A stretch of 63,327 bases of DNA, the filler included, from Welwitschia mirabilis (lineage: Eukaryota), in NCBI GenBank assembly GCA_051453625.1. It is 7 parts of one record of this genome, joined end to end, with 100 filler letters (N's around TTAATTAATTAA, not from the genome) between each part and the next. Parts side by side here need not be neighbours in the genome. Positions count along the whole stretch, not along the records: positions 1 to 1,987 come from JBOZIK010000001.1; positions 2,088 to 21,644 come from JBOZIK010000001.1; 5 more parts are not named here. One strand, written 5' to 3'. The translations under genes were made by a program, and so were the position numbers. Below the pieces are notes generated by a model. That model was given only the letters and a program-made list of their open reading frames with translations. It was not told the origin of the DNA and did not search any database. Shown here piece by piece: positions 1 through 13,539 of the stretch. The first letter of the stretch is position 1; each line of letters opens with the position of its first letter.

Positions 1-1987
1 AAACAGCAAGGAAATAGTAGAATGCATGTCCTTTTATTCTATCCAATACTTAATCAAGAAAATGGAGAGGGCAATGATCCTTTTTAGTTACTTTATTAAG
101 TTTTAAAAATCTATGCATACTCTCCACTTACCACCTTTTTTAGGTACTACAGTTAATAAACTAATCCATTCACTATTGTTTATAGAGTAAATGATATCAG
201 CATCTAAAAGTTTAAAGATCTTACCTTTAACCACTTATTTTAGTATTAGATTTAAATGTCTTTAAGGTTATGTTATGGGTTTTGAATTGTCCTCTAGGTA
301 TGTCTTGTGTTGCATAATATGTGGTGGAATAGGAGATAGATCCTTGTGACTCTAAGTAAAAGCTTTAGATTTGAATGTAAGGAGTGATACTAAGGCTTGC
401 TTAGCTTTGGGATAGAAATGAGTACTAATTATTAGTGGCTTTTTAGGGTTGTTGTTAATAAAAATGTATTTCAATCCCTTTTTAAGCTCCTTTAAATTCA
501 TCTCAAAGTTGACTCCTTTGTGTCTATTACAGGTTCATATCCATCCTTATTAAAAGTTATCTCCATGGCTTATATTTCTTTAATTTCTTAGGTTGTAATT
601 TCTCAAATGTTTCTTTCATCAAGGGTTTTATACTACTATCAAGTTCATAAGTATTGATGGAATTAAGACTACCTAAGATTATTAAGAATTCCTTCATATC
701 ATCAAAAAGAGTGGGTTTTTCATGTGTGAGGACCTTTAATTTAAGTGAATGATGAGATACAAACATTATTGATCTAATATCTTTAGTTAGATCATTATTT
801 TGATCCCTTGTGTCATTTTTTGCTATGTTGAAGAATTGAACTTGAATCTTTTTGCTAGCTCTAGTGTCTATAATGCAGTAAATAGTAATACAAAAATCTC
901 TACCTAAAGACAAGGAGTATACACCATTGTGATTAATTTCAATAATTATAACATCAATGGGGTAGTATAATTCCTCTATTTGGACAACCAAATCTTTTAT
1001 AATTCCAAGTAGCTTTCTTTATGTTGAATTATCCATTTCTAAGACAATTGTTATTATTTTAACTTAATTTTCTAATCCAAACTTTTTATAAATATGAAGG
1101 GGCATTATGTTCACACTTGAACCTATGTCAATTAGGGCCTTTTGCTACTAGATCTTTGAATTTTGGATATTTTTGCATCATCAAGTTGGTTATAGATTAT
1201 GCTAAAATTATTATACTTAGTAATGTATGTTTTTCTTCCTTCTACAAAGATCCTTCCATACTTTGGTATACGTAGGGTTGTCTTGAAGTATACATCAAAA
1301 GTGTAGTATGATATTGACATCCTTCATGATTGTTTTAATGTGCTCATAATAAGTTGGATTAGGGTTAAGTCTATTTAACCAAGGGGTAAGATGTATTTTT
1401 TCCTTTACTTGTTGATTCATTCTTGTTTGTGAAAGTGGAAGAAAAGTGTTTCTCATTAAGAATTTCTGCATCTTCATCTTTTTTTCTTCAATGCTATCAC
1501 TTGTAGATGGTTCTTTAGGTGTAGTAGTAGTACCTTTATAAATGACTCCCTTTCAATCTTTCTTTACATCATTGGTATTAGGTAATGTATTAGAAGCTAA
1601 TGTGTCATGTGATCTTTGGTTGGCTAACATAATTTATTACATAAGTCTGGCTAAATCTTATATACTTTTGTGGGTTTGCTTAATACTCTTATTTTTTTAT
1701 TCATGGATGCTTCTTATCTCTGTTATAGCTTTCTTAATTGAATCCTCCTTGTATTGATTGTATCCTCCATATTATGAATTATATGGTTGCTTAAAGGAGG
1801 GTTTATACCCAGGTTTGAAGGAAGGACCTAGTTGATGGTAAGGATTTTTCTCACTATGGTAAGGTTATTTGTAGTGATTAAGGTCTTATTGATTAGCATA
1901 GCATACTTCTTCCCTTACTACTCCTTCACAGTTGGTCAAAATAGGCATTCAGTGACTAAGTGGTTTTCTTAACACAAGTTACAAGTA
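1..1987 (-). mobile_element. Degenerate Athila-like Ty3/Gypsy gag-protease-RT(N-term) fragment
   Basis: Minus strand reads protease KALIDIGSSVNIMPLHIY (~1090-1142), VVQIEELYYPIDVIII...SLGRDF (ORF 557-991) and RT start KDHCPLHFLD*VLDRIKGHAFYYFL (1-85). Many stops and frameshifts. Homologous to 44599-48250. Confidence 0.85.
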
Positions 1988-2087
1988 NNNNNNNNNNNNN
2001 NNNNNNNNNNNNNNNNNNNNNNNNNNNNNNNTTAATTAATTAANNNNNNNNNNNNNNNNNNNNNNNNNNNNNNNNNNNNNNNNNNNN
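1988..2087. other. Artificial scaffold-joining spacer (also at 21645-21744, 44499-44598, 54537-54636, 60046-60145, 61795-61894)
   Basis: Six 100-bp blocks of 44 N + TTAATTAATTAA + 44 N. The 12-mer gives stop codons in all six frames. Confidence 0.97.
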
Positions 2088-5000
2088 AGATTGATCAATT
2101 GATTTCATCTAGTTGACTAAATTCTAGATCTAGTCAACTACCCTGTAGTCAGCTAGAGAATAGAAGATAATCCATAGTTCATTACAAAGACAAAAAAAAA
2201 AAAAAATCAAAATTTAGGTGTTTAGTAAATATATCTATAAGTTAACAATCTATCTAATAAAATTCATAGAAATATTTTCTTTTTCAATTTGATCTCTAAG
2301 AAAATAGTGTCTTAGTTTAATTTGTTTAATTCTAGAATGTTGAACATGATGCTTAGAAATATTTATTACACTAGTGTTATCATAGAAAATAAGAACCTAT
2401 TCAAAAACTACACCAAGGTCCTTTAGCATTTGATTCATCTAAAGGAGATAAGCACAAAAACTCCCTGTTACTATATACTCAACTTCTATGGTTAAAAGGG
2501 AGATCGAGTTTTACTTTTTACTAGTCCATCCTAGAAAATAATTACCTCTTGTGATTTTTCTATCATTCTTACATCTAACCCAATCTACATCACTAAATCT
2601 TGCAAGATCAAGAACTGTATCAGTTGGGTACCATAATCCAAAATCACATATGCCTTTTATATATCTTATTATTATTTTGACTACTGATAGGTATGATTAT
2701 TCTAATTGGGTTTGGTATTTTGCATACATACCAACGCTAAATAAAATATCTATTCTACTTGCAATTAGATATAATAAGCTTTCTATCATACTTCTATTAA
2801 TCTTTTAATCTACTAATTTTCTATTTTCAGTTAGACTGACTTTATAAGATGTTAACATAGATGTGTTAATTGTTTTAGCATTTTTTAATCCAAATCAATT
2901 GATCAAATGCTTTACATATTTAGATTGAAATATAAAAATTTCATTCTTTTATTACTTAATTTGTAACTTAAGAAACCTTCTAACTTCACCAAGCATGCTC
3001 ATTTCAAAGTGTGTTATCATAATATTTGCAAATTCTTTTGCTAAAATTTTGCTAGAGATACCAAAAATTATATCATCCACATAAATTTGAATAATGATAA
3101 AATCATTTTTCCACTTCTTAACAAATGAAGTTTTATCTAGTATTTCATGGATATGACCATTTTCATTTTATAATGTGGCTAACTTTCCTACCAAGCTCTT
3201 GAAGCTTACTTTAATCCATATAAAGCCTTCTTAAGTCTAAACATACAATTAAATTTGTAAGGATCTACAAACCCTTGCAGTTTTTTACATATAATTCTTT
3301 TTTTAGGGTTTTATTTAAAAAGGTACTTTTTACATCCATTTAATACACTTTAATATTTTTAAAGGTTATGTAAAATAAAAACACTCTAATGCTATCTAGC
3401 CTTGCAACTGAAGAAAAAGTGTTATCAACATTAGTACCTTTGATTTGGTTGTAGCCGTGTGTTAGTTTTTCTTTTTAAATATCCACTTTTTCCTAGTTAC
3501 ATTTTTATCCTTTGGCCTTTCAATAAGCTTCCAAACATCATTCCTTTTAAATTTTTGCAACTCATCTTGCATGACCATCATCCATTCTTCATGGTATTCT
3601 ACTTATTCAAATTTTTTAGGTTTAATATATGAAACATAACAAATGTGAGCATAAATTTTTTTTATAAAGTTCCTTTTTTTAATCTTTAAGCTAAAATCTC
3701 TAATGATAGATCCTACAGGGTGATCTTTTATCTCTTTAAACTTTTTAGTAGTAACTTCTTTTGTTGGATCTTTTCTTCTTTTTCAATAGAAATTTCTTTT
3801 ATTGTGGGAATTCATAGAGATATGTTTTCTTCATCACTGGAAGGGATAGATTTTATGCTAAGATCATCTATTTGAAATTTATTAATTCTTTCATTGTTAA
3901 GCTTCTCTTGTTGAAAACATAATAAGCTCTACTTTTAGTAGAATATCTTAAAAATATCACTTCAAGACCTTCGATTCAAATTTACTTATGTATTCTCTAT
4001 CCTTTAATACTTAATAGTTACTTATAAAGAATTTAAAGTAGGAAAAATTTGGTTGTCTTCCTTTCCATAGCTCATAATGCATTTTATCCATTCTCAGTCT
4101 AAGGTAAACTCTGTTCATGATATAACATGTGGTGCTAGCAACCTCAGCCCAAAAGGTTTTTGGAACCTCTTTGTCATTTAACATTGTTCTTATCATTTCT
4201 TAGATGAATCTATTCTTTTTATTAGTAATTCCATTTTGTTGAGTTATTTTAGAAGCTAAGAATTAGTGATCAATACCATTGTCAATATAATACTTTTTAA
4301 ATAAATGATTTTCAGGCTTACCACCATAATTGCTTCTTATTTTCTTTATGGTATAGCCTTTTTTATTTTGGATTTTGTTGCATATTTCAACCCAATGTTT
4401 ATATGTTTTAGATTTATTTACAAGAAAGCAATCCATGTATATCTTGAAAATTCATCAACCATGATTAAAAAATAGTATTTATGTTCTAAACTTGGGGTTT
4501 AAGATGGTTCTACCAAGTCCATATGAATAAGCTCTAAAGGCATGGTTGTGAAAACTTGGTTTTTACTTTTGTGTGATGTTTTTATTTGTTTTCCTTTTTG
4601 GAACACATCACAAAATTCATGTTTTTTGATATTTATTTTTGGAATTCCTTTGAGAATTTATTTTTTAATAATCATTTTCAAATAATTGAAATTTACATAA
4701 TCTAAACATTTATGCTAAATCTCTTCTTGATTAACAAGAGAAAAATAACAAGTAAAAAATATTAATCAATATCATAGATATTATCTATTCTATTTGCTCT
4801 GAAATTAATATCATTTGTTTTGTCATGTCTAACTTCATATTTAGTACTATCAAAAACAACCTTATGACCTTTATCACAAATTTGACTAATTCTAAGTAAA
4901 TTATGCTTCAAACCATAGACATACAGTACTTCATTTATTTTGGGTAAGTTACCTCCACTAATGCTTTCGATTCTTTTAATCTCGGCTCTTGCATTATTAG

Positions 5001-6217
5001 TGAAGGTAACTTATCCTCCATCAAATTCATCTAGCTATTTGAATCTAGACTTCTCTCTTGTCATATGCTCAGAGCAGTTATGATCCAAACACTTGCTAGT
5101 TCCCTTTAAAACCTTGAAAGTTATTTGAATTAAAAGACTTTTCAAATTGTTAGCTTTTATTCACTTAGTTCTTTTGGACTGATGTGGTTCACCTTCTCTT
5201 AGAATAAATTTAAATGGAAAGGTACTAATGAAATTAAAAAATAACATCAATTTTCTAGCATTATAAAATAATTTGGAATGACCTAACTTATTATAAAATT
5301 GATATGTAACTTTAGAAATAAACATATTTGGGTAAGTTACTTAATTTTACTAATTTTGTAGCTTTTGGAGGATGAAACCAATATCTATCTTCTCATAAGT
5401 TAGTTTTCTATTTTAATCATCTATTATAATTTAGTTTAATAACTATAAAATTTATTGATAAAATGTGACAAGTTTTTTACCTTTAGTACAAGTTTAGAAT
5501 TTTTAAATTTGACCATCTTGTATTTATTTCCAGTTGATGAACTTTACCAAATTTTCACAATCTATGTTAAGTTCCTAATAGGTGTTTTCAAGCTCATTAT
5601 AATCTTCTTTAATAAGGTCTAAATTATCAAGTTTAGATGTACTAGGTAGATTCTATAATGGAGGCACAATTTCCATGAAGGAGATCCTTTGATCTCCATC
5701 TGAATCTTAGCTGGAACTACTGTCATTGTCTTCATCTACATTATCCTATGTAGTAATGAATAAAGATGTCTTTGGATTTCTTTGTTCTCTATTGTTATTA
5801 AGAAACTCATTTGCAATGTGTTCATAGCCTTTTAATGTATAACATTAAATTTCTTTCCCTTTGTCTTGATCTATTCTGAACTTTAAGTGATCTCTTTTTA
5901 TTCCTCTATTTGGTTTGCCTTATTTCTCTCTTCTATGCAAAAATTTCTTAAATCTTCTTGATAGTAGAGAAGCTTCATCATCATCAAGATCTTCATCTAA
6001 TTTTTTTATCTTGTATTCTTTTTGTACACATTTTAAAGCAATACATTTCTTTCTATCTTTATAAAATTTTAGTTCATAAGTTTGTAAATTACCTTGTAAT
6101 TCTTCAAGTGCCATCATGTCTATGTTTTTACTTTCTTCAATTGTAGTAACTTTTGGCGCAAATCTTTTTGGAAGGGATTTCAGCACTTTTCGAATAATCT
6201 TTTTGTTGAGAACTCAT

Positions 6218-7505
6218 TGTCATTAATTAAATTAATAAGTTTTTATAGTTAGTTAATTGTGCAAAGATTTTCCAACATTGAGCAACTGCTTCTTAAGACT
6301 GGATGATCGACCTATTAAGAACTCTAAAACTGCTTCAGGTTCAGGCAACCACACCTATCAAACTAGACAACCGAACTAACACATCAAGAAAAAGACTAGT
6401 TGTAGTAAGGGCGATTGAGCTTATCCTATCAAGTGATAGAGCTAATACATTAGGAATAAGACTGGTTCAATAACGGGCAATTGAGAACATATATTCAGGT
6501 GACCTAGTAAGGGCCTCTATGTAAAAACTGGGCAAATGTGGATGACTGCGACATAAAAATAGGTGACCACATTACAATCTGTTGAATTCAATTCAATGAC
6601 AGCACGAGTGATTGACCAGTTGTAGACGGGTAACCACATGATAATCAGTGAATCCTGAGTCTACTGAAAGCAAGGATAACTAAATGACATAATTACAAGT
6701 GATTGCATACTACCTAGAATCTACCCTCATAAGGTCGACCAAGTCATCAAAGTTAGGGTAACTGAATAAAGGTCAACCAGATACCTTTATAAGGGCAACC
6801 GAATATGCATCTATTCTATATTGAGAAATCTATAGTAAAGAAGAACAACTAAAGATTAGAAAAAAGGGCGATTAGATGTTCAGGTGACCAAGTAATATCA
6901 AGGTCAATCGTATGAAGTACAAATGTAACTATTACATTTTTAATAGTTCATCAATAAGTACAACAGTTCACTTCATTATTATCAAATGGTTACCTTGTGA
7001 ACCTTTACTATTTAAGCTCCCTTCTAATTAAAAGGAAGGCATCTTTTTTCATATCAAAAATAAAAAAGGAAGAACTAATATACATTTTTAGCATTGTATC
7101 TGAATAAGCTACAAGTTCAAATTTCTAACTGAAACTATTATTGCATCTTCTATGAACAAGAGATTGCTGCACCATTAAGAGTAAATTTGTGCATTTATGC
7201 AGACTCCTTACTTTTTTTCTTTTATGATTGAGGATTAACCTTAGGATGGGTTTTGGTGAGCCTGAAAACCAATCTTGAAAGCTAATATATGCCAGCCAAG
7301 AATAGGAGATCTAAGGGACTGAATGGTGGTGTCTATCCATCATTAAATATCTTGCATCTATGGTTTGTACATTTACTTATTTTATTTGCAGGTTGTGAAG
7401 AGTATGAAAATTGGTTTTAAGACCTATTCACCCTTCTCTAGGGTTAATCCACTACTTTCAATTGGTATCAGATCAAGGTTAAGCAACAGATCCTAATAGC
7501 TCTCT
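6218..7505 (+). mobile_element. Nested Sirevirus-like LTR (6218-7460) plus iMet PBS (7463-7472), inserted antisense into gag of the host Copia
   Basis: TGT...CTATTCACCCTTCTCTAG...ACTTTCA, then AT-TGGTATCAGA. Host gag breaks at 6217 and resumes after the gap at 7607. Repeated GGCAAC/GGTGACC motifs at 6270-6910. Confidence 0.8.
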
Positions 7506-8081
7506 NNNNNNNNNNNNNNNNNNNNNNNNNNNNNNNNNNNNNNNNNNNNNNNNNNNNNNNNNNNNNNNNNNNNNNNNNNNNNNNNNNNNNNNNNNNNNNN
7601 NNNNNATCCATATGAATGTCTTCAAATTTTGAAATAAGAATTTGAATTTTAACCTTCTGAATAGTGGATGTCCATTTATGTGCTAATTCAAGGATGTCTT
7701 AAGCTTCTTTTGCATGTCCATAGCTTATAATTTGTTTAAACTCATTTGCACAAACTGCATAAAAAATGGCATTAAGAGCATTAGCATCTATGGTAGCTTT
7801 AGATCTATTAATAAAGGTCCATTGGTATTAGGTTTTTGGAATCACAATGGTATTACTATGGACATCAGTTTTAGTCAGAGTAGGCATAGCATATCCATTA
7901 TAAATGACCTCTTTCATGTCCTCATCTAGGGATCTAAGAAAGATTCTCATATGGGCTTTCTAATACACATAGTTTTATCCATCAAACATAGGTGGAAAAT
8001 CAAAGGAAAATCCATCTAAAGGGTTACTTATTTTTGGGTTCTAAAGTCTAGACTTGTGAGGATCTCAATGGACTTAACCAA

Positions 8082-8093
8082 GCTCTAATACTA
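8082..8093 (-). promoter_or_regulatory. Primer-binding site (tRNA-iMet type, decayed)
   Basis: Minus strand TAGTATTAGAGC versus canonical TGGTATCAGAGC, 2 nt from the LTR end and upstream of gag. Confidence 0.75.
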
Positions 8094-8095
8094 AA

Positions 8096-9407
8096 TGTTG
8101 GATTGAGAATCCTAGAAAGGTAAATAGAATTTAGAAAATAATTCAATCACTTCACAATAATATATTTACTAGAAATAAATACTAATATATATGTGTGTAA
8201 ATAAAATTAAAACTATTATAAAAAATAAAGAATAAAAAACACAAAATAACAAATAAAAAGCATACTAGATTTATAATGGTTTGTAAAACCCCCTACTCCA
8301 TTCTCAATGATTATTTCCTATCTAAGCCTAGTATAAATCTCAATTAATCTCTTTCCAGGTATTCTAGGTTTACTTGTAACTTTTACAATCAAATTTTTCT
8401 GAGGCTAGATCTTAACCTTTTATAAGAAAGTAAAGCAATGACAATGGTATGCCAAAATGAATAAGTTTCATCTAATTTTTAGCTCAAGATTAGTATTGCT
8501 ACATTTCATAAAAAGATGGTACAATCTAAAATCCTATAGTGTGATGGACTTAATCAAGTATGTAAAGATAACAACAATTATTAATTCAGCTTTGGTCAGA
8601 TAGGATATGCTAATGAGTATAATGGATGATTTTAAAAAGATTTAAAAGTGGTATAGTTAACTCTTATCAAATATATAGTGAAATACTTTTAGGATTTTTA
8701 CACGTAAAAATACCTTTCAACAAATAAAAATTAAGTTCATAATGGCTAGAAATATACCATTTCATCATGAATGATTGACTCCTTAAAAGCCTAGTCAACT
8801 TCATTTGGTTTTATAACTGAAATTGGTTACTTCATGTTCTTTTGGTTAACTCCTATTTCTTATGGCTTCATATCTATTCAACCCCTTATGATTTGATCAA
8901 CTACTTATCAGGTCTCCTGCATATTCATCTAGTCATCTCCCTTGATCAATAAAAAATGCAATACTATTTTTCACTCGAGGTCTAAAAGTCCGGTCAAATG
9001 CTTAATAATAAAGGATGAATACTACTTTAGATCCAGTCAACCCTTTAAGAATCTAGTTGACCCCTAGATGATCAGCTATGAAAGTTTGATTCTTAAGTCT
9101 GGTCAATCCCTTAGGAATATGATCAACCCCTTGATGATTAGTTGAGAAGTATTAGATGTATAGGTTAAGAATCTAATCAACCCTCTAACTCTAGTTTATT
9201 TTAGAGTATGTTTTAGATGTGGATGATTCCTTGGAAATCTAGTTGACCCCTTAGGAGGATATAAAAATTGACAGGTTTAGGTTCAAATTATGATAAATTA
9301 TTTTCGCTTCTAACTTGTAATGATTAATACTTTTTGCACAAGATACAACAGTTTTTGCTAGATATAAAACATTAGTTTGACATCAAATTGGCAAATAACA
9401 ACTAATA
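8096..9407 (-). repeat. 5' LTR (~1.3 kb) of the Sirevirus-like Copia element
   Basis: Minus strand runs TATTAG (decayed TGTTAG)...AATCCAACA and is followed by a PBS. The start matches LTR starts at 42363 (+) and 63236 (-). Clustered GTCAAC/GTTGAC motifs at ~8780-9260. Confidence 0.8.
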
Positions 9408-11220
9408 TCTTAACCTTATCTTTCTCTACATCCTTCAATGTAATAGTAAAACTATTTAGATTCTCCATTAATATGACTAATGTTTGGTTCATAATGTTAA
9501 ATTAGATTTTTTCCTACTAAAAGAAGGTATTGCCTAGTTGTACCACCCCTTCCTATACATCATTCATGCATCTTTTCATATTAAATTTAACCTTAAATAT
9601 TTTTTAATCAAATGATAATATTATATTATTTATTTTATATTCTATTCCTTCATCTTGGTTGAATTGTGAATGAAGGCATATCAAAGGAGGAAATAATATT
9701 AGTTGAAGATAAGGCTAAAGAAGAAGTGGAAGTAGAAAGGTAGTTTTAGGATAATCATCTTGTCTTTAATGATTACCATATTTTTAAGATCTTAAGCATT
9801 ACAATGGATGAAAATAAGATCTCATGTCATTAGCAAAAGGAATGAACTACCTAATCAATTTATTAGTTAATCATGAATGTGGAAAGTAGATTGGATTTTC
9901 ATCCTTTCTCATCTATCCTTATCTAAATTAGATTTAATAGATTATGGTTAGTGTAATGCTTTAAAGTAGCTAAAATCATCAAAGTAGGGATTACTAACTA
10001 CCTAAAATGAATGGATGAAATGATGTTATCCTATGCATTCTTTATTACTATTTTATACTCCTCTATCAAAATATTTAACTTTATTCCTTTTGGATCTAAA
10101 CTTCTATATACTTAATAAAGAATATTTTCATGAATTTCTTCCTCTCCACAAAGGTGAAAATAAAGGAAATAAAAGTTCTTCTTTTTATTAACATCTTTAA
10201 TACATGTGTTACAGTGTGAAATTTAATTTTAATTTAAACTTTAGATATAGGGAATATAAGAAAGTTATTATTGTCTTCCCTTGTTTTTCCAACATTCAAG
10301 AAGAATCCCCTAATTTTATTATTAAATAATATTCCCCTTAATGACTATAATCTATCTTCAAATAGTTATATTGATCTTTTTCAACATAGAATATCAATTT
10401 TTTTAAGCACTTACTCAACTAATTTCTTCACTTGAGATTTTCTAATAGAAGATTCTAAAAAATCCTCCCTCATAATGTTTTTATTTATCTTTATAGTATT
10501 TAGTCTCCTCCTAAGGAACATATTCTAGGTCTACCTCATGGCTGATTCTTATAGATAAGTCTAAGCTATTTTTAATTCTTTTTATAGATTGAGATGATCA
10601 AGCCACTAGATATTTCATTACATTATAATTAACAAAATTCCATATATAAGAGTTAAATACAAAACTTGAAAGTAAATGATAAACTATCTTCTATTGTTCT
10701 TATGAAATGATAAATTAAATTTGATATAAAAGAATGTAGAAAAAGACAATATTTTTTACTTAAAATCATTATTTACACATCATGAATATAGTGTTTCCTT
10801 TGAATTATTTAGCATAAATTATATTTCTTAATAATTTCTCATTTTTATCCCCTTAGTGAAGAGACTAATATTATCTACTAATTTTATTAGACATTTGCTA
10901 TAGTATAAACTAATATAAAGATTCTTTAAGTGATAACACATATTCCAAGGATAAGTAAAAAACTAAGAGCAAATGATTTTAACTAATAAGAAAGATATTA
11001 GAATTGGAAAGGGTTATTATAAATTATGGGATAAAAATGATAGTTTTGTATTCATACTATACTTCTACATTAACTATTTAGTTAATATGATAATATTATT
11101 TATATCCCAAAAGACTTCAACCAAGAAAATAATAAAACCCTTAATATAAAGAAATCAAAAACTTTTAAATGGAAAGAGAAGATACTCACTTAAGAATTTA
11201 GGAAAGGATCCCAAATTCTC

Positions 11221-11330
11221 ATGAGAATATGCAAGAATATTATTATAACTTTTTACATTATGAGAGAGATAGCATGAGAATATGCAAGAATATTATTATA
11301 ACCTTTTACATTATGAGAGAGATAGCATGA
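11221..11330. repeat. 53-bp tandem duplication (2 copies, 1 mismatch)
   Basis: ATGAGAATATGCAAGAATATTATTATAAC(T/C)TTTTACATTATGAGAGAGATAGC at 11221-11273 and 11274-11326, followed by ATGA. Confidence 0.95.
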
Positions 11331-13539
11331 TTAAACAATAATAAAAATGAAACAAAATGATGTAGTTTTATAGTAGAAATGACATGTTACTAGGTCTTCA
11401 CTAGGTAATGATTTGGTAGTAGCTTGTTAGTCCCTACTTTCATCACAAGATAACAACATGTTGGTTCCTATTTTGATTACTAAGTGACAAGATGTAGTGA
11501 TGGTAACTTTTGAATTCACCATTATAAATTTTATCTTTAATGATACATGTACAGATGGTTATTACTATAATATCATCACTAGTTATGTCACTAGATAATA
11601 GTAAGTGGTAATAACTAAATAAATTGGGTAGATTAATATTTTTATGGAAAATTTATATAACTTTACATAAAAAAGGATGTGGTGAAAAGGATTTCAATTG
11701 GACAATGTTATGAAATAAAAATATTTTCTTTGAATATGATTATCTAATATTATGAAAAGAACTAATTAAAAATATTATATTAATTTCTTCTATGATGTAA
11801 ATAATAAAGAGAAGGAACAATGGACAATTTTTAAAAAATTGATAAAGGGTGATAAACATTTTAATGAAGCAATAAATGCTCCTATGAATAATTTCTAAAA
11901 GACATGAGCTAAACAAAAATTACATGACTATAAATTTTATGATATTCTATGCATTTACTGAGTTATACTTACATTAAGGAAAGTTATCTATTTGGAGATC
12001 CAAGAGAATATTTTTAAGCTATTATCTATTACATAGATGAGCTTTCTATCTAGGACAAGATTCAATGATGTTTATGCCCCTGGTAAGTATTACATCTCAA
12101 CTATCTATGCTAGAATTTCTCCAAAAAGAGTTAAAATCATATCACATAATGCATAAATAATGTGGGCTAGAGATCCATTTATTAAGCATTTTCTTACATT
12201 ATAATGACATTCAAAAGACATATCTCCTACCCAAGACACATCATTTTCATGATTTAAAGGTTATAACCATGAGTAAGTGTAGTAAACCTTTAAAAAGGTA
12301 CCTCCAAGTCCTTATTTCATTTTTTTTCTTTTTAATTTTTACAAAATTCTTTCATAAGACATATATGTTCATAAGGATATTCATGTTTAATGACTAAGTG
12401 CTTGGTGAAATAAGACAAATGCAATAACTTTCATAAATGATTATGGCAATCTTGTATTGTTGAAGAAATAAAATTCATCTTATAACAACATCTTTCATAG
12501 TTTCTTTATTCATTAATTAATGTATAGCAGAGTAATTAGTGTAGTTTTTGATGTGATATCCTAATAGGTAATAGTAAAATTTCTTAAAAACATGGAAAGT
12601 TACTAGTAATTTCTTTTCTATAATTATATAATTGAGTTGCATAACAAAAATGTTTTTACTAGTGTTTCCTTTTCTCTAATACTCTACCTATAACATGATC
12701 ATTAGCATCACACATGAGTTAAAAATCTCTAAAATAATTTAGCCTAATCAAAGTGGGTAAACTTGATATTTTATCTTTCAAGATTTAGAAAGCTTCTTGG
12801 CATGAACTATTCCATTTAAATTTTACATCTATCTCTATTGGCAGATAAAGAGGTTTGCAAATTCTTTAAAAGTCTATGATGAACATCCTATAAAATTTAA
12901 TATGATTTAAAAATGATTCACTTTGCTTCAAATCACTTGAAAGTATCATATCTTTGATGAATTGGATTTTTAAGTGATCCACTTCAACTTCTTATTTTAA
13001 TAATATACCCCAAATGATCATTCTATTTTGAACTAAAAATAAACTATTTTCCTGACTTGATTGTGAGCCTATTTTTATAGATTTTCTTAAAACTTATTTT
13101 ATAGTTTTCATTAAAAAATCATTAATACAAACTTACATACATTATTTTAATATATCAATAATGTTTTTTAACATAGCTCATTAAAAGTCATCTAGATCAT
13201 TACACAAGCAAAAGTGCATTCATATATAAGTGTAAATCCTAAAATATGAGGTTAAGTTAGCTTTATCCTAGTACTCATCTATATTGAAAAGTTAGTTATA
13301 TTCACTATAGTTACCTAGAAAATAATAATACTCATGACATTATAAATGATTCAAAAATGGATCTTAAAGAGATAATGAATAATGATGTTTCTTTGTATGT
13401 TTTTTGATATTTTTAAAATTAATGTATATCCTCCATTTTCCTCCTTTCTTAGAGATTATAGTTAAAATAATAAACTATTTACTCTCAACAAATAGACAAA
13501 GTATAATAACATAAACTACTTTAATTATTTTTTTAATCA

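Larger units (their letters stand above)
2088..9407 (-). mobile_element. Degenerate Sirevirus-like Ty1/Copia element: 5' LTR, PBS, gag-pol; interrupted in gag and cut at the scaffold edge after pol
   Basis: gag start FDFPPMFDG*NYVY (~7960-8010); gag VLKSLPKRFAPKVTTIEESK (5920-6186); protease CSEHMTREKSRF (~5040-5090); integrase IRTMLNDKEVPKTFWAEVASTTCYIMNRVYLR (4011-4196); RT QIYVDDIIFG (~3060-3090); RNase H ~2250-2560. PR-IN-RT-RH order indicates Copia. Confidence 0.9.

Noticed and set aside
2032..2043. Six regularly formatted TTAATTAATTAA palindromes as a biological repeat or recombination site
   Set aside because: Each is centred in a 44 N + 44 N block. It is a six-frame-stop scaffold linker.
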